A stretch of 64,000 bases of DNA from an uncultured Saprospiraceae bacterium (GTDB lineage Bacteria > Bacteroidota > Bacteroidia > Chitinophagales > Saprospiraceae): NCBI GenBank assembly GCA_937995755.1, contig CALKJD010000043.1, positions 2,375 through 66,374 of the forward strand, in the 5' to 3' direction. The notes below the pieces were generated by a model that made no database searches, was not told the origin of the DNA, and saw only the letters and a program-made list of their open reading frames with translations. The translations under genes were made by a program, and so were the position numbers. Position 1 is the stretch's first letter; every line of letters starts with the position of its first letter. This document shows positions 8,054-17,612 of the stretch, piece by piece.

Positions 8054-11000
8054 ATGAAAAAGTTAGAAAGAATGCAATCCTCACTATTTGTTTTATTGCT
8101 ATGCATTATTGCGAGTGTTACGACCACTGCACAGATAGTAGTAGGACAAGATACTCTTGTAGGTAATGAATGGATTGACTTTGATCAGTCCTACTATAAA
8201 ATGATGCTAGCTGAAGATGGTGTGTACCGAGTAAGCTATGAAGAATTGCAAGCGGCAGGCGTACCTGTTCAATCTCTGACTGGAGCTGAGCTGCAAGTAT
8301 ATTATTTTGGACAAGAGCAGGCAATTAGTGTAAGTACAGATGGAACCTTTTCTGCAGGAGACTACATAGAGTTTGTGGGCGTGAAAAATCGTGGAGAATT
8401 GGATAAGCATTTATATCGCAATGAGTCAGATCAATTGAATCCAAGGTATAGTTTGTATAGTGATACTTCATCATACTATCTAACTTGGGATCAAGGAGCG
8501 GAAGGTAAAAGATTTCAAGAGCAAACAGTAGATCTTTCTGGAAATTCACTTGACCCAGAGCCTTACTATATGCATGAAGATGTGGTAGTGTTTTCTGATC
8601 GAGTTAATAAGCCATCAGAAGCTCAAGATGTAAGATTTTCTCAATATATGCCAGGAGAAGGTTATTGTGGAGATTTGAAATCGACAAATACATATAATCA
8701 CAGCATAAGTAATAAATATGAAGGTGGACTTGCTCCAACATTAGCAGTAAGACTATCTGGTAATAATTTATTACACAAGATTGATGTGAGTGTTAATAGC
8801 GAACTAAAGCTTACTGAAGATTTTGATAGAAATGAAACAAAGCAGTTAAATATTACACTTGAGAATAGTGAAGTGACGAATGGCAATGCATCGATACAAA
8901 TTAAAAGTTATCAATCATCTGCAGATAAAAATACAATAGCAACTAGTGTACTAAGATATCCAAGAGAATTCGATTTTGAAAACAAGACGGATTATAAATT
9001 TACGCTGCCTGCATCTAATGATGTTAGATATTTGGAAATTAAGAATTTCGATATGAGTTCGAATGAGGTGCAGATATTTGATTTGACTAACGGAATAAGC
9101 TACACACCTATAATTGAAAATGAAATTGTAAAATTGATCTTGCCTGCATCCAATGAAGAAGGTGTATATAAAATATGCAATACTTCATCGATTAAATCTG
9201 TAACATCAATTGCAGAATCTACTATGGTCGATTACAGTCAAATGAGTGGAGTCGAATTTATTATTTATACATCCAAGCAATTTGATAAGCTGAGTAATGA
9301 TGGCATAAATTATCTAAGAGCTTATGCTGATCATAGAGCATCTCAGAATGGAGGTTCGTATGTGCCTGCGATAGTATTTGTAGAAAATTTGTATGATCAA
9401 TTTGGGTATGGTGTATCACGACATCCATTAGCATTAAAGAATCATGCAAGGTGGGTAGAAACCAATTGGGTTGATGCAAAGTATAATTTTCTATTAGGTA
9501 AAGGTTTAGAGTATGCTTCTAGCAGAACCCCAGAACAATTAAATGAAGTTGATCCACTAAAGCTAAAGACAGTATTACCTACGTTTGGTCTACCTGGTTC
9601 TGATAATTTATTGATGGCTAGAAAGAATATATCTCAACCAAGAATTCCTACAGGAAGAGTTTCTGCATCTAGTACAGATGATATTAAAACGTATTATGAC
9701 AAAGTAACGGTTAGGGAGAATCCAAGTAACTACCCTAGTACAATAGAAGGAAGATTGTGGACTAAAAAAATTATTCACTTAGCCGGAGGTGATCAAAGTA
9801 TACTAGAGTTAATTGAGTCTAGTCTTGACAACATGGGTAATATACTTGTACAAAATAAGTTTGGGGCAGAGATTACTACTTTTAGTAAACAGAGCTCGGA
9901 CAATATAAGTAGTGCATTATCCACTCAGATTTTGAATGCAGTAAATGAAGGTAGCGCTTTGTTATCATTCTTTGGACATTCATCTGCCGGTACGTTTGAT
10001 TTTAGTATTGAGGAAGCTTCGCAGTATAATAATGAAGGGAAGTTGCCTGTGTTGCTTTCAATGGGCTGCTATTCTGGAAATATTTTTACACCAAACAAAG
10101 CATTAAGTGAGAACTTTGTGTTGGAACCAGAAGTTGGTTGTATAGCTTTTATGGCATCTTCAGGTTCCGCCTATATTACTCCGCAAGGAGATTTGGGTGA
10201 GAGATTTTATCAAAGCCTAGGAACAGATAAATACTATCATGCAACTGTAGGAGAAATTGTCCATCACTTATTAGAGCTAAATAGCGGTTTAGAGAACACA
10301 TTTGTATCACTTAGTACTTTGAATGAGCAGTTTACATTACATGGAGATCCTGCAGTAAGACTTAATTCTTATAATGGTCCAGATTATTCAATAGACTATA
10401 GTTCTGTACGAACTAATCCAAGCATAGTCGGTCCAGAAAACACAGAAATAGAATTATACTATGATGTTGTAAATTTAGGAGAAAACACATCTGACTCCAT
10501 TAACGTAAGAGCAATTCAGATGCTGCCTGATGGTAGTGCAATGGATACTTTTTATCGTAGAATAAAAGGACCAGGTCACGTATATACAGATACCTTTTTT
10601 ATTAAAAATCCAGGATTACATGGAATAGGTGAAAACTGTATTTCTATAGAAGTTAATTATGATAATTTAGTTGTGGAGAGTCCTTCACCAGACGCGTCTA
10701 ATAATAATGTGCTTGGTCAAGTTGAAGGAGAAGATAATTTTTGCTTTTTCGTTTTAGATAACTCTGCTAGTCCAATTTTTCCTGAAGAGTTTGCTATAGT
10801 AAATGGAGAACAGCCCAAATTAATAGCTTCTACCAGTAATATTTTGGCAGAGGATAGGACCTATATTATGGAGTTAGATACGTCTGCTCTTTTTAATTCA
10901 AATTCAAAAGAAACGAATGTTATAAATGAAGGTGGTGGATCATTGGTGTGGCAACCTAACTTAGAATTTATACCAGGAGAAGTGTATTACTGGAGAGTTA

Positions 11001-13093
11001 GTCCTGATAGTACAGATGTTAATATTGGGTTTCAATGGAGAGAAAGTTCTTTTGTCTACCTTCCAAATAGCTCAGACGGATGGAATCAAAGTCATTATTA
11101 TCAATTCTTAAAAAACGATCTTACTGGGATTGAATTTGATAATAGAAAACTTGATTTTATTGATGAAGCGGTTGGAATCAATACTAATCTACATATTCCT
11201 CAATTTGATATAAATGGTGGAGAAATCAGATGGCCAAGATGGAATCAACAAACATTTAAAATAGGGTTTATGAGAACCTGGGATTATCCTGGAAAAAGTG
11301 CTGTAGTTGTGGGTTATAGAGATGATAGGATCGCAGAGTTTGAGCGAAACCAATCTCCAGGACTTCATGGCAGTTGGTATAGTGGCGGTACAAGTAGACT
11401 GTATATATATCCGATGGATACGAGGCAAAATAGAATAGATCTAGTTAACATGTTGGAAGAGGTAATACAGCCAGGACATCATGTTTTGATACATACTATA
11501 ATTAATGATTTGGACGCGGATTTACATACAGAGGAATGGGCATTAGATTCATTGGATAATAATGGCAAGAATTTCTTTAATGTAATGGAGAATCAAGGTG
11601 CAACAGATGTTAGAAAACTCGAAGAGTTAGGAACTGTATTTTGGGGTGGGGTCTATACGAAAGATGAAGAATGGAAAGATGAAAATATTGGGGCTACAAT
11701 ATTGGATGAAGTAGCATTGTCTGCAGAATTTCAAAGAAACTATATCGAAGGAGATTTCAATACACCAGATATAGGTCCAGCTCTTTCGTGGAATAAAATG
11801 ATCTGGAGTGTGGAAGATCAAATGTCAGACGATACTTATATGGTATATATAAAAGGTGTGAAACTCAATGGCGAGATGGATACCTTATTCACTGTAATAA
11901 GTGAAAATGAAGTTGATCTTTCAGGAGTAGATGCGACAGTGTATCCTTATTTAAGGTTAGATATGTATACGTATGATAAAGTAAATCGTACACCAGTAAA
12001 TGTGAAGTTTTGGAGAGTCCTATATGAGTCAGCTCCAGAAGCAATTTTGAATAAAGACGATGCTTTTGTATTTAATTCGGATACATTGGAGCAAGGTCAA
12101 CTTATGGAGTTTGCAATCAAAGCAGAGAATATAAGTGGTAGTGATATGGATAGTTTGTTAGTGAAATATACAATCACTAACGAGGCAAATGAATCTATAA
12201 TTAGATATGATCGTCATGCACCCTTGAAGTCAAATGAAGTTCAGCAATTGAATTTTTCTTATGATACAAAATCACTTACTGGAGATCAACAGTTTAATTT
12301 TGAAATTAATCCAGATGGGGATCAACAAGAGAAGTTCTTGTTTAATAACTTTGGAGTAGCAGATTTCCATGTTCGTGCCGATGTACGAGAACCAGTTTTA
12401 GATGTAAGCTTTGATGGATTGCATATTATTAACGGAGATATAGTTGCTGCGAATCCATATATTTTAATTGATGTTCGTGATGAGAATGAGTATTTGCTTC
12501 TAGATGATCCAGAAAAAATACTTGTAGCATTAATCGATCCCAATAATAATAGGATAGACTATAATATTTCTAGCTCTGAATTATCTTTTGAGCCTGCAAC
12601 CGATGCTAATAATAATCAAGCAAGAATATCATTGGAGCCGATTTTGACTCTTGATGGAGACTATACTCTAATAGTGCAAGCCACAGATGTTAGTGGTAAT
12701 TTTAGTGGAGTGAATGCTTACGAAGTTACTTTTCGAGTTGTGTTGCAAGAGAGTGTTTCAAATGTGTTGAATTACCCTAATCCATTCTCTAGTCAAACGC
12801 AATTTATATTTACTCTTACAGGAAGTGAGGTGCCAGACGATATTAGTATTAGTATTCTGACTGTTAGTGGTAAAGTGGTAAAAGAGATTTCTAGAGAAGA
12901 GTTGGGACCACTAAGAATAGGTTTGAACAGAACTGATTATAAGTGGAATGGAACAGATGAATATGGTGAAAAGTTAGCAAACGGAGTGTATTTATATAAA
13001 GTAAACCTACCAGCTGATATGGAGAGATATGAAAACAGATCTGCGGACAAATTCTTTACTAAAGGATTTGGAAAAATGGTGATTATGAGATAA
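8054..13093 (+). CDS. Secreted C25-type (gingipain-like) cysteine peptidase, PorU-like putative T9SS sortase paralog
   Basis: 1679 aa with a signal peptide ending TTA/Q. The candidate catalytic His is in SFFGHSSAGTFDF and the candidate Cys in LLSMGCYSGNIF, about 30 residues apart as in peptidase C25. The C-terminus (NYPNPFSSQTQFIF...GVYLYKVNL...GKMVIMR) resembles a T9SS type A / FlgD-Ig-like sorting domain. Confidence 0.6.
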   Translation: MKKLERMQSSLFVLLLCIIASVTTTAQIVVGQDTLVGNEWIDFDQSYYKMMLAEDGVYRVSYEELQAAGVPVQSLTGAELQVYYFGQEQAISVSTDGTFSAGDYIEFVGVKNRGELDKHLYRNESDQLNPRYSLYSDTSSYYLTWDQGAEGKRFQEQTVDLSGNSLDPEPYYMHEDVVVFSDRVNKPSEAQDVRFSQYMPGEGYCGDLKSTNTYNHSISNKYEGGLAPTLAVRLSGNNLLHKIDVSVNSELKLTEDFDRNETKQLNITLENSEVTNGNASIQIKSYQSSADKNTIATSVLRYPREFDFENKTDYKFTLPASNDVRYLEIKNFDMSSNEVQIFDLTNGISYTPIIENEIVKLILPASNEEGVYKICNTSSIKSVTSIAESTMVDYSQMSGVEFIIYTSKQFDKLSNDGINYLRAYADHRASQNGGSYVPAIVFVENLYDQFGYGVSRHPLALKNHARWVETNWVDAKYNFLLGKGLEYASSRTPEQLNEVDPLKLKTVLPTFGLPGSDNLLMARKNISQPRIPTGRVSASSTDDIKTYYDKVTVRENPSNYPSTIEGRLWTKKIIHLAGGDQSILELIESSLDNMGNILVQNKFGAEITTFSKQSSDNISSALSTQILNAVNEGSALLSFFGHSSAGTFDFSIEEASQYNNEGKLPVLLSMGCYSGNIFTPNKALSENFVLEPEVGCIAFMASSGSAYITPQGDLGERFYQSLGTDKYYHATVGEIVHHLLELNSGLENTFVSLSTLNEQFTLHGDPAVRLNSYNGPDYSIDYSSVRTNPSIVGPENTEIELYYDVVNLGENTSDSINVRAIQMLPDGSAMDTFYRRIKGPGHVYTDTFFIKNPGLHGIGENCISIEVNYDNLVVESPSPDASNNNVLGQVEGEDNFCFFVLDNSASPIFPEEFAIVNGEQPKLIASTSNILAEDRTYIMELDTSALFNSNSKETNVINEGGGSLVWQPNLEFIPGEVYYWRVSPDSTDVNIGFQWRESSFVYLPNSSDGWNQSHYYQFLKNDLTGIEFDNRKLDFIDEAVGINTNLHIPQFDINGGEIRWPRWNQQTFKIGFMRTWDYPGKSAVVVGYRDDRIAEFERNQSPGLHGSWYSGGTSRLYIYPMDTRQNRIDLVNMLEEVIQPGHHVLIHTIINDLDADLHTEEWALDSLDNNGKNFFNVMENQGATDVRKLEELGTVFWGGVYTKDEEWKDENIGATILDEVALSAEFQRNYIEGDFNTPDIGPALSWNKMIWSVEDQMSDDTYMVYIKGVKLNGEMDTLFTVISENEVDLSGVDATVYPYLRLDMYTYDKVNRTPVNVKFWRVLYESAPEAILNKDDAFVFNSDTLEQGQLMEFAIKAENISGSDMDSLLVKYTITNEANESIIRYDRHAPLKSNEVQQLNFSYDTKSLTGDQQFNFEINPDGDQQEKFLFNNFGVADFHVRADVREPVLDVSFDGLHIINGDIVAANPYILIDVRDENEYLLLDDPEKILVALIDPNNNRIDYNISSSELSFEPATDANNNQARISLEPILTLDGDYTLIVQATDVSGNFSGVNAYEVTFRVVLQESVSNVLNYPNPFSSQTQFIFTLTGSEVPDDISISILTVSGKVVKEISREELGPLRIGLNRTDYKWNGTDEYGEKLANGVYLYKVNLPADMERYENRSADKFFTKGFGKMVIMR

Positions 13094-13115
13094 TTAATAT
13101 TTTACGAAAAAGTTT

Positions 13116-13152
13116 AAGCCCTTTGATATATGTATATCAAAGGGCTTTTTTA
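13116..13152. terminator. Bidirectional intrinsic terminator between convergent genes
   Basis: Perfect 15-bp stem: aagccctttgatata (13116-13130) pairs with tatatcaaagggctt (13133-13147). A T-run follows. Confidence 0.8.
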
Positions 13153-14082
13153 TTTTCGAAATATTGATTTTATGTCATCGTAAAGATCATATTGCTTCGA
13201 ACCAAATGGACTGAACATTATAAATATTGCTATGGGAATCAGATGGATAGAGAAATCAGGACCTACCGTTAATGCAATTCCTAAATGAAATAGTACTAAG
13301 GCAAGACCCCATATTCTATGAAGCTTAATTCTGAATAGAATAAAAATCGATAAAAACTCAACTAGGTACCCACTTATATGTAAGATAGGTATCCAATACC
13401 CTTGGTGGTCTACTAGTAATGATTGGAAGAAGTATTCATTACCTGAAAAATATGATGTCTTTGTACTTTGTAGAGTAAGGCCTGTAGGTGAAAGTGCAGA
13501 GGTGACACCCCATTTCAATTGCTTAACGATGCCTAATAATTTGTAGAAACCAGAAATGGAATATATGCTAAGTATAATAGTCTGGATACCAAAGATAACT
13601 TTTAATAAATCAACTTTATAAGTTTTAGAATTTTCGTTTGGTAAGATTATCAGTAGCAATGAAGTAGTAACTAGTAAATGTAAATAATGGTCGACGGATC
13701 CAAAAGATGAAACTAAGGAGAGAAACTGAAAAAGAGATAAAGAAACTAGCACTCTTACCAGTCTACTTTTACGCCAAAAAATCATGCCTATTATACTGCT
13801 GCCTATGAGAAGTATATATATTAATCTAATAGCAGTTTTCCAATCGAAGTATCTTATCCATAAGCTGCCCCATTGCGGTATAAAATATTGTTCTGAAGAG
13901 ACAATTTCTGACCATGATGGAAATTGGGAATTAAAAGTTATTGATTGGAAGGCAATAAGAAAAACAAATAGATAGAAAAGGGATATTAAAGTAGAACCCT
14001 TAGAGTAATGCGTTTCATTATTAAAAATACTACCCCCTTGATATACAGGTTTATTCCATACAATATCAATTAGATTTTTCAT
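13150..14082 (-). CDS. Polytopic membrane protein, possible HTTM/SdpB-like
   Basis: 310 aa with at least 7 hydrophobic segments. The segment IYSISGFYKLL...KW resembles the HTTM-domain Y..G..KL...W signature. It overlaps the upstream ORF by 4 nt. The functional assignment is tentative. Confidence 0.45.
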   Translation of the reverse strand: MKNLIDIVWNKPVYQGGSIFNNETHYSKGSTLISLFYLFVFLIAFQSITFNSQFPSWSEIVSSEQYFIPQWGSLWIRYFDWKTAIRLIYILLIGSSIIGMIFWRKSRLVRVLVSLSLFQFLSLVSSFGSVDHYLHLLVTTSLLLIILPNENSKTYKVDLLKVIFGIQTIILSIYSISGFYKLLGIVKQLKWGVTSALSPTGLTLQSTKTSYFSGNEYFFQSLLVDHQGYWIPILHISGYLVEFLSIFILFRIKLHRIWGLALVLFHLGIALTVGPDFSIHLIPIAIFIMFSPFGSKQYDLYDDIKSIFRK

Positions 14083-14519
14083 TTTATCTGTTTTAATATT
14101 TCTATTTGATATGACTTAGTGCTAAATGTTTCTATGTAATCTCCTGATATTCTTACAAGATCAACCTTGCCTTCAATGTTTTCAATTATAAAATGTGAGG
14201 AATCTAATTTTACTTCTTTGTTCTGACGATATTCTTCTCCTATTTTATTCAACCAAGCAAAGAAATACTTTCTTTCAATTGCGTTAAGGTGGTCATTTTT
14301 ATACATTAAGAAGTACGCCTCTCCGCAAGAATCTGTTATTTGTAAGTCAAAGTTGGAATAGTCATAAGGGATAAATGTATAAAGGTTAAATAGTGCAAAT
14401 GGTATTATTTCCTTTTGGTTACCTAGATATTTTGGATAGAATGCTAGGAAAAAATAGAGGCATATGAAAGCTGAAACTCCATACTGAACTACTTTGCTGC
14501 CTAGATGTGATTTATCCAT
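14079..14519 (-). CDS. Small membrane-anchored protein, possible SdpA-like partner
   Basis: 146 aa with one N-terminal hydrophobic helix (VSAFICLYFFLAFYP), then a soluble domain with no motif I recognise. It is coupled to the downstream membrane protein through an ATGA overlap. Confidence 0.4.
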   Translation of the reverse strand: MDKSHLGSKVVQYGVSAFICLYFFLAFYPKYLGNQKEIIPFALFNLYTFIPYDYSNFDLQITDSCGEAYFLMYKNDHLNAIERKYFFAWLNKIGEEYRQNKEVKLDSSHFIIENIEGKVDLVRISGDYIETFSTKSYQIEILKQIK

Positions 14520-14637
14520 GATGTAAATATATAATCTTCAAGAGCTTAATTTAAGTTTTTAACCAATAGCTCCTTATTCTAACTTACATCTAACTCTCTT
14601 TTATTACCTTCACCCTCCAACACAGTAACTATAACTT

Positions 14638-17433
14638 ATGGCAGAAAAGAAGCTATTCCTCCTTGATGGACACGCATTAGTATACAGAGCACATTTCGCA
14701 TTTATTAATCGTCCTTTAATTAATTCTAAGGGCATTAATACATCGGCTATAACAGGGTTTGTAAGATCTCTATGGGATATATTAGTCAATCAGAAACCTA
14801 CTCATATCGCTGTTTCATTTGACCCTAAAGGTGGTACGTTTCGTCACGAACAGTACCCTGAGTACAAGGCGAATAGAGAAGCGCAGCCAGAGGATATCGC
14901 CATTGCAATACCTATTATACAAGAAATTCTCAAAGGGTTTAAAATACCTGTGGTGGTAGTGCAAAATTATGAAGCGGATGATGTTATAGGTACTTTGAGT
15001 AAGCAGGCAGAGGCGGAAGGATTTGACGTCTATATGGTGACTCCTGATAAAGATTATGCTCAGTTAGTGTCAGATAAGATATATATGTATAAGCCCTCTC
15101 GAATGGGTAATGGTATCGAGATACTTGGGGAGAAAGAAATTTTGGAGAAGTGGGATATACAACGTGTAGATCAGGTGATAGATGTACTGGGTTTACAAGG
15201 TGATAAGGTAGATAATATCCCAGGTGTGCCAGGCATAGGACCAAAGACTGCAGTAAAGTTGTTAAAACTTTATAATGATGTAGAAGGCATTTTAGCTAAT
15301 ACCCATGAACTTAAGGGTAAGCAAAAAGAGAATCTTGAGAACTTTGCAGAGCAAGCAAGACTATCTAAAGACTTAGCTACAATTAAGTTAGATGTACCGA
15401 TTCAATTTGATGCTGACGTATATATATTAGAAGAGTTTGACAAGCCAAAACTTGAAGAATTATTTAAGGAGTTGGAATTTAGGTCGTTAGCGATACAAAT
15501 ACTAGGACAAGCAAAACAAGAAGCGAAGGCTGGAGAGCAACAGGATCTCTTTTCAGGATTTTCGGCTAACACCTCCAAGCAAAAGGCCAAAGCGACTAAG
15601 ACATATGCTGTAGTTGAGAAGAATATAGATAATACAGAACATGAATACATATTAGTAGATACGGCAGAAAAACGCGCAGCATTGATTAAAGACCTTCTCA
15701 AGCAGAAAGTAATCGCGTACGATACTGAAACTACAGGAATCGATGCGCATCAGGCAGAGTTAGTAGGTCTATCATTTTCATGGGAATCAGGTAAGGCTTA
15801 CTATGTACCTACACCAGAGGATCAAGATGAAGCTAAAGCAATCGCAGCTGAATTTGCTGAAGTATTAGGTAGTCCAGAAATAGAAAAGGTTGGACAAAAT
15901 ATCAAATACGATAATACGATGCTTAGGTGGTATGGTGTGGAAGTAGCAGGACCGATGTTTGATACTATGATCGCTCATTATCTCTGCGAACCTGATCTTA
16001 GACATAAGCTAGACTATTTGACGGAAGCGTATCTTGAGTATAAGATGGTGCCAATAGAACAGCTCATTGGAAAGCGTGGTAAAAATCAACTGACCATGCG
16101 AGATGTACCTGTAGAGAAGACCGTGGAGTACGCAGGCGAAGATGCAGATCTTACTTTACAATTAGTGCCAATATTAACAGATCTGCTCAAAGAAAATGAG
16201 AGTGAAGAAGTTTACCGTACAATAGAAGAACCGCTCATTACAGTACTGGCAGAACTAGAGTATAATGGTGTTCGTATCAATTCTCAATTTTTAAAAGATT
16301 ACTCAGTAGATCTTGGAGAGCGTATACATGACGTCAAATTGGAAATCTATAAACAAGCTGGTAGCGAATTCAATATTGGTTCACCGAGGCAGGTAGGTGA
16401 GATACTTTTCGATAGATTGAAAGTGCCTTATAGGTGGCGTAAAACTAGTTCTGGTCAATACTCCACCGATGTAGAGAAGCTTAACGAATTAGCTCCAAAA
16501 CATGATATCATTCAGCATATACTCAAGTATAGAAAACTAAGTAAGCTTAAGTCCACATATGTGGATGCTTTACCTCTGTTGGTCAATCCACGTACAGGAA
16601 GAATACATAGTAATTTTAATCAAGCAAGAGCCGCAACAGGACGACTGAGTTCGGACAACCCCAACCTTCAGAATATTCCTATTAGGGATGAAGCAGGTAG
16701 AGAGATACGTAAGGCTTTTGAGCCAAGAGATAAAGATCATATATTATTAGCTGCCGATTATAGTCAGATTGAGTTGAGATTGATCGCTGAGATCAGTCAA
16801 GATGAAGCGATGATGGAAGCTTTTATTGCAGGTAATGATTTCCACAGAGCTACTGCAGCCAAAGTATATGATACACCCTATGACGAAGTGACTGCAGATC
16901 AAAGGCGTAATGCCAAGACGGTCAATTTCTCTATTACATACGGTGCTGGAGCCACTAATCTTTCACGCCAATTGGATATTAGTAGAGTTGAAGCTAAAGA
17001 GTTAATTGAAAACTATTTTGAACAGTTTAGTGGATTAAAAAAGTACATGGATGATACTGTTGCATTTGCAAGAGAAAATGGATATGTACAGACTAAACTA
17101 GGAAGAAGAAGGTCGCTAAGAGATATAGATTCACGTAATGGAATGCTCAGGGCTAACGCAGAGCGAATGGCGATTAATACTCCGATCCAAGGAACTGCTG
17201 CTGATATGATTAAGATCGCAATGGTCAATATTCATAAGGCATTAAAGGAGGGCAACTATAAGACGAAGATGATTATGCAAGTACATGATGAACTTGTGTT
17301 CGATGTACATAGATCAGAATTGGAAGAGATCAAAACATTAGTAGAAGATCTAATGAAAAATGCACTTCCAGATTTAAAAGTACCCATCCTTGTAGGTATG
17401 GATACTGGAGAAAATTGGTTGGAGGCGCATTAA
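14638..17433 (+). CDS. polA: DNA polymerase I
   Basis: 931 aa. It has a 5'-nuclease N-terminus (LLDGHALVYRAHFA), a 3'-5' exonuclease domain (YDTETTG) and Pol A motifs (DYSQIELR, RRNAKTVNFSITYG, QVHDE). Confidence 0.97.
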   Translation: MAEKKLFLLDGHALVYRAHFAFINRPLINSKGINTSAITGFVRSLWDILVNQKPTHIAVSFDPKGGTFRHEQYPEYKANREAQPEDIAIAIPIIQEILKGFKIPVVVVQNYEADDVIGTLSKQAEAEGFDVYMVTPDKDYAQLVSDKIYMYKPSRMGNGIEILGEKEILEKWDIQRVDQVIDVLGLQGDKVDNIPGVPGIGPKTAVKLLKLYNDVEGILANTHELKGKQKENLENFAEQARLSKDLATIKLDVPIQFDADVYILEEFDKPKLEELFKELEFRSLAIQILGQAKQEAKAGEQQDLFSGFSANTSKQKAKATKTYAVVEKNIDNTEHEYILVDTAEKRAALIKDLLKQKVIAYDTETTGIDAHQAELVGLSFSWESGKAYYVPTPEDQDEAKAIAAEFAEVLGSPEIEKVGQNIKYDNTMLRWYGVEVAGPMFDTMIAHYLCEPDLRHKLDYLTEAYLEYKMVPIEQLIGKRGKNQLTMRDVPVEKTVEYAGEDADLTLQLVPILTDLLKENESEEVYRTIEEPLITVLAELEYNGVRINSQFLKDYSVDLGERIHDVKLEIYKQAGSEFNIGSPRQVGEILFDRLKVPYRWRKTSSGQYSTDVEKLNELAPKHDIIQHILKYRKLSKLKSTYVDALPLLVNPRTGRIHSNFNQARAATGRLSSDNPNLQNIPIRDEAGREIRKAFEPRDKDHILLAADYSQIELRLIAEISQDEAMMEAFIAGNDFHRATAAKVYDTPYDEVTADQRRNAKTVNFSITYGAGATNLSRQLDISRVEAKELIENYFEQFSGLKKYMDDTVAFARENGYVQTKLGRRRSLRDIDSRNGMLRANAERMAINTPIQGTAADMIKIAMVNIHKALKEGNYKTKMIMQVHDELVFDVHRSELEEIKTLVEDLMKNALPDLKVPILVGMDTGENWLEAH

Positions 17434-17481
17434 CTATTGACTTTTAAATAAGGGATAGATTGCAATCATCAATCTGTCAAT

Positions 17482-17520
17482 AAAAAAGGATAAACTTCGG
17501 TATGAAGTTTATCCTTTTTT
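17482..17520. terminator. Bidirectional intrinsic terminator (polA / uvrA convergent)
   Basis: 12-bp stem: aggataaacttc (17487-17498) pairs with gaagtttatcct (17504-17515). An A-run lies on the left and a T-run on the right. Confidence 0.8.
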
Positions 17521-17612
17521 ATTCCGTCTAATTTAGTCAAAGTATAATGTATTCTTTGTGAATAAGAATCCGTCAGAGAGGAATATCATTAAAATTTATA
17601 TCTTATAATCTT

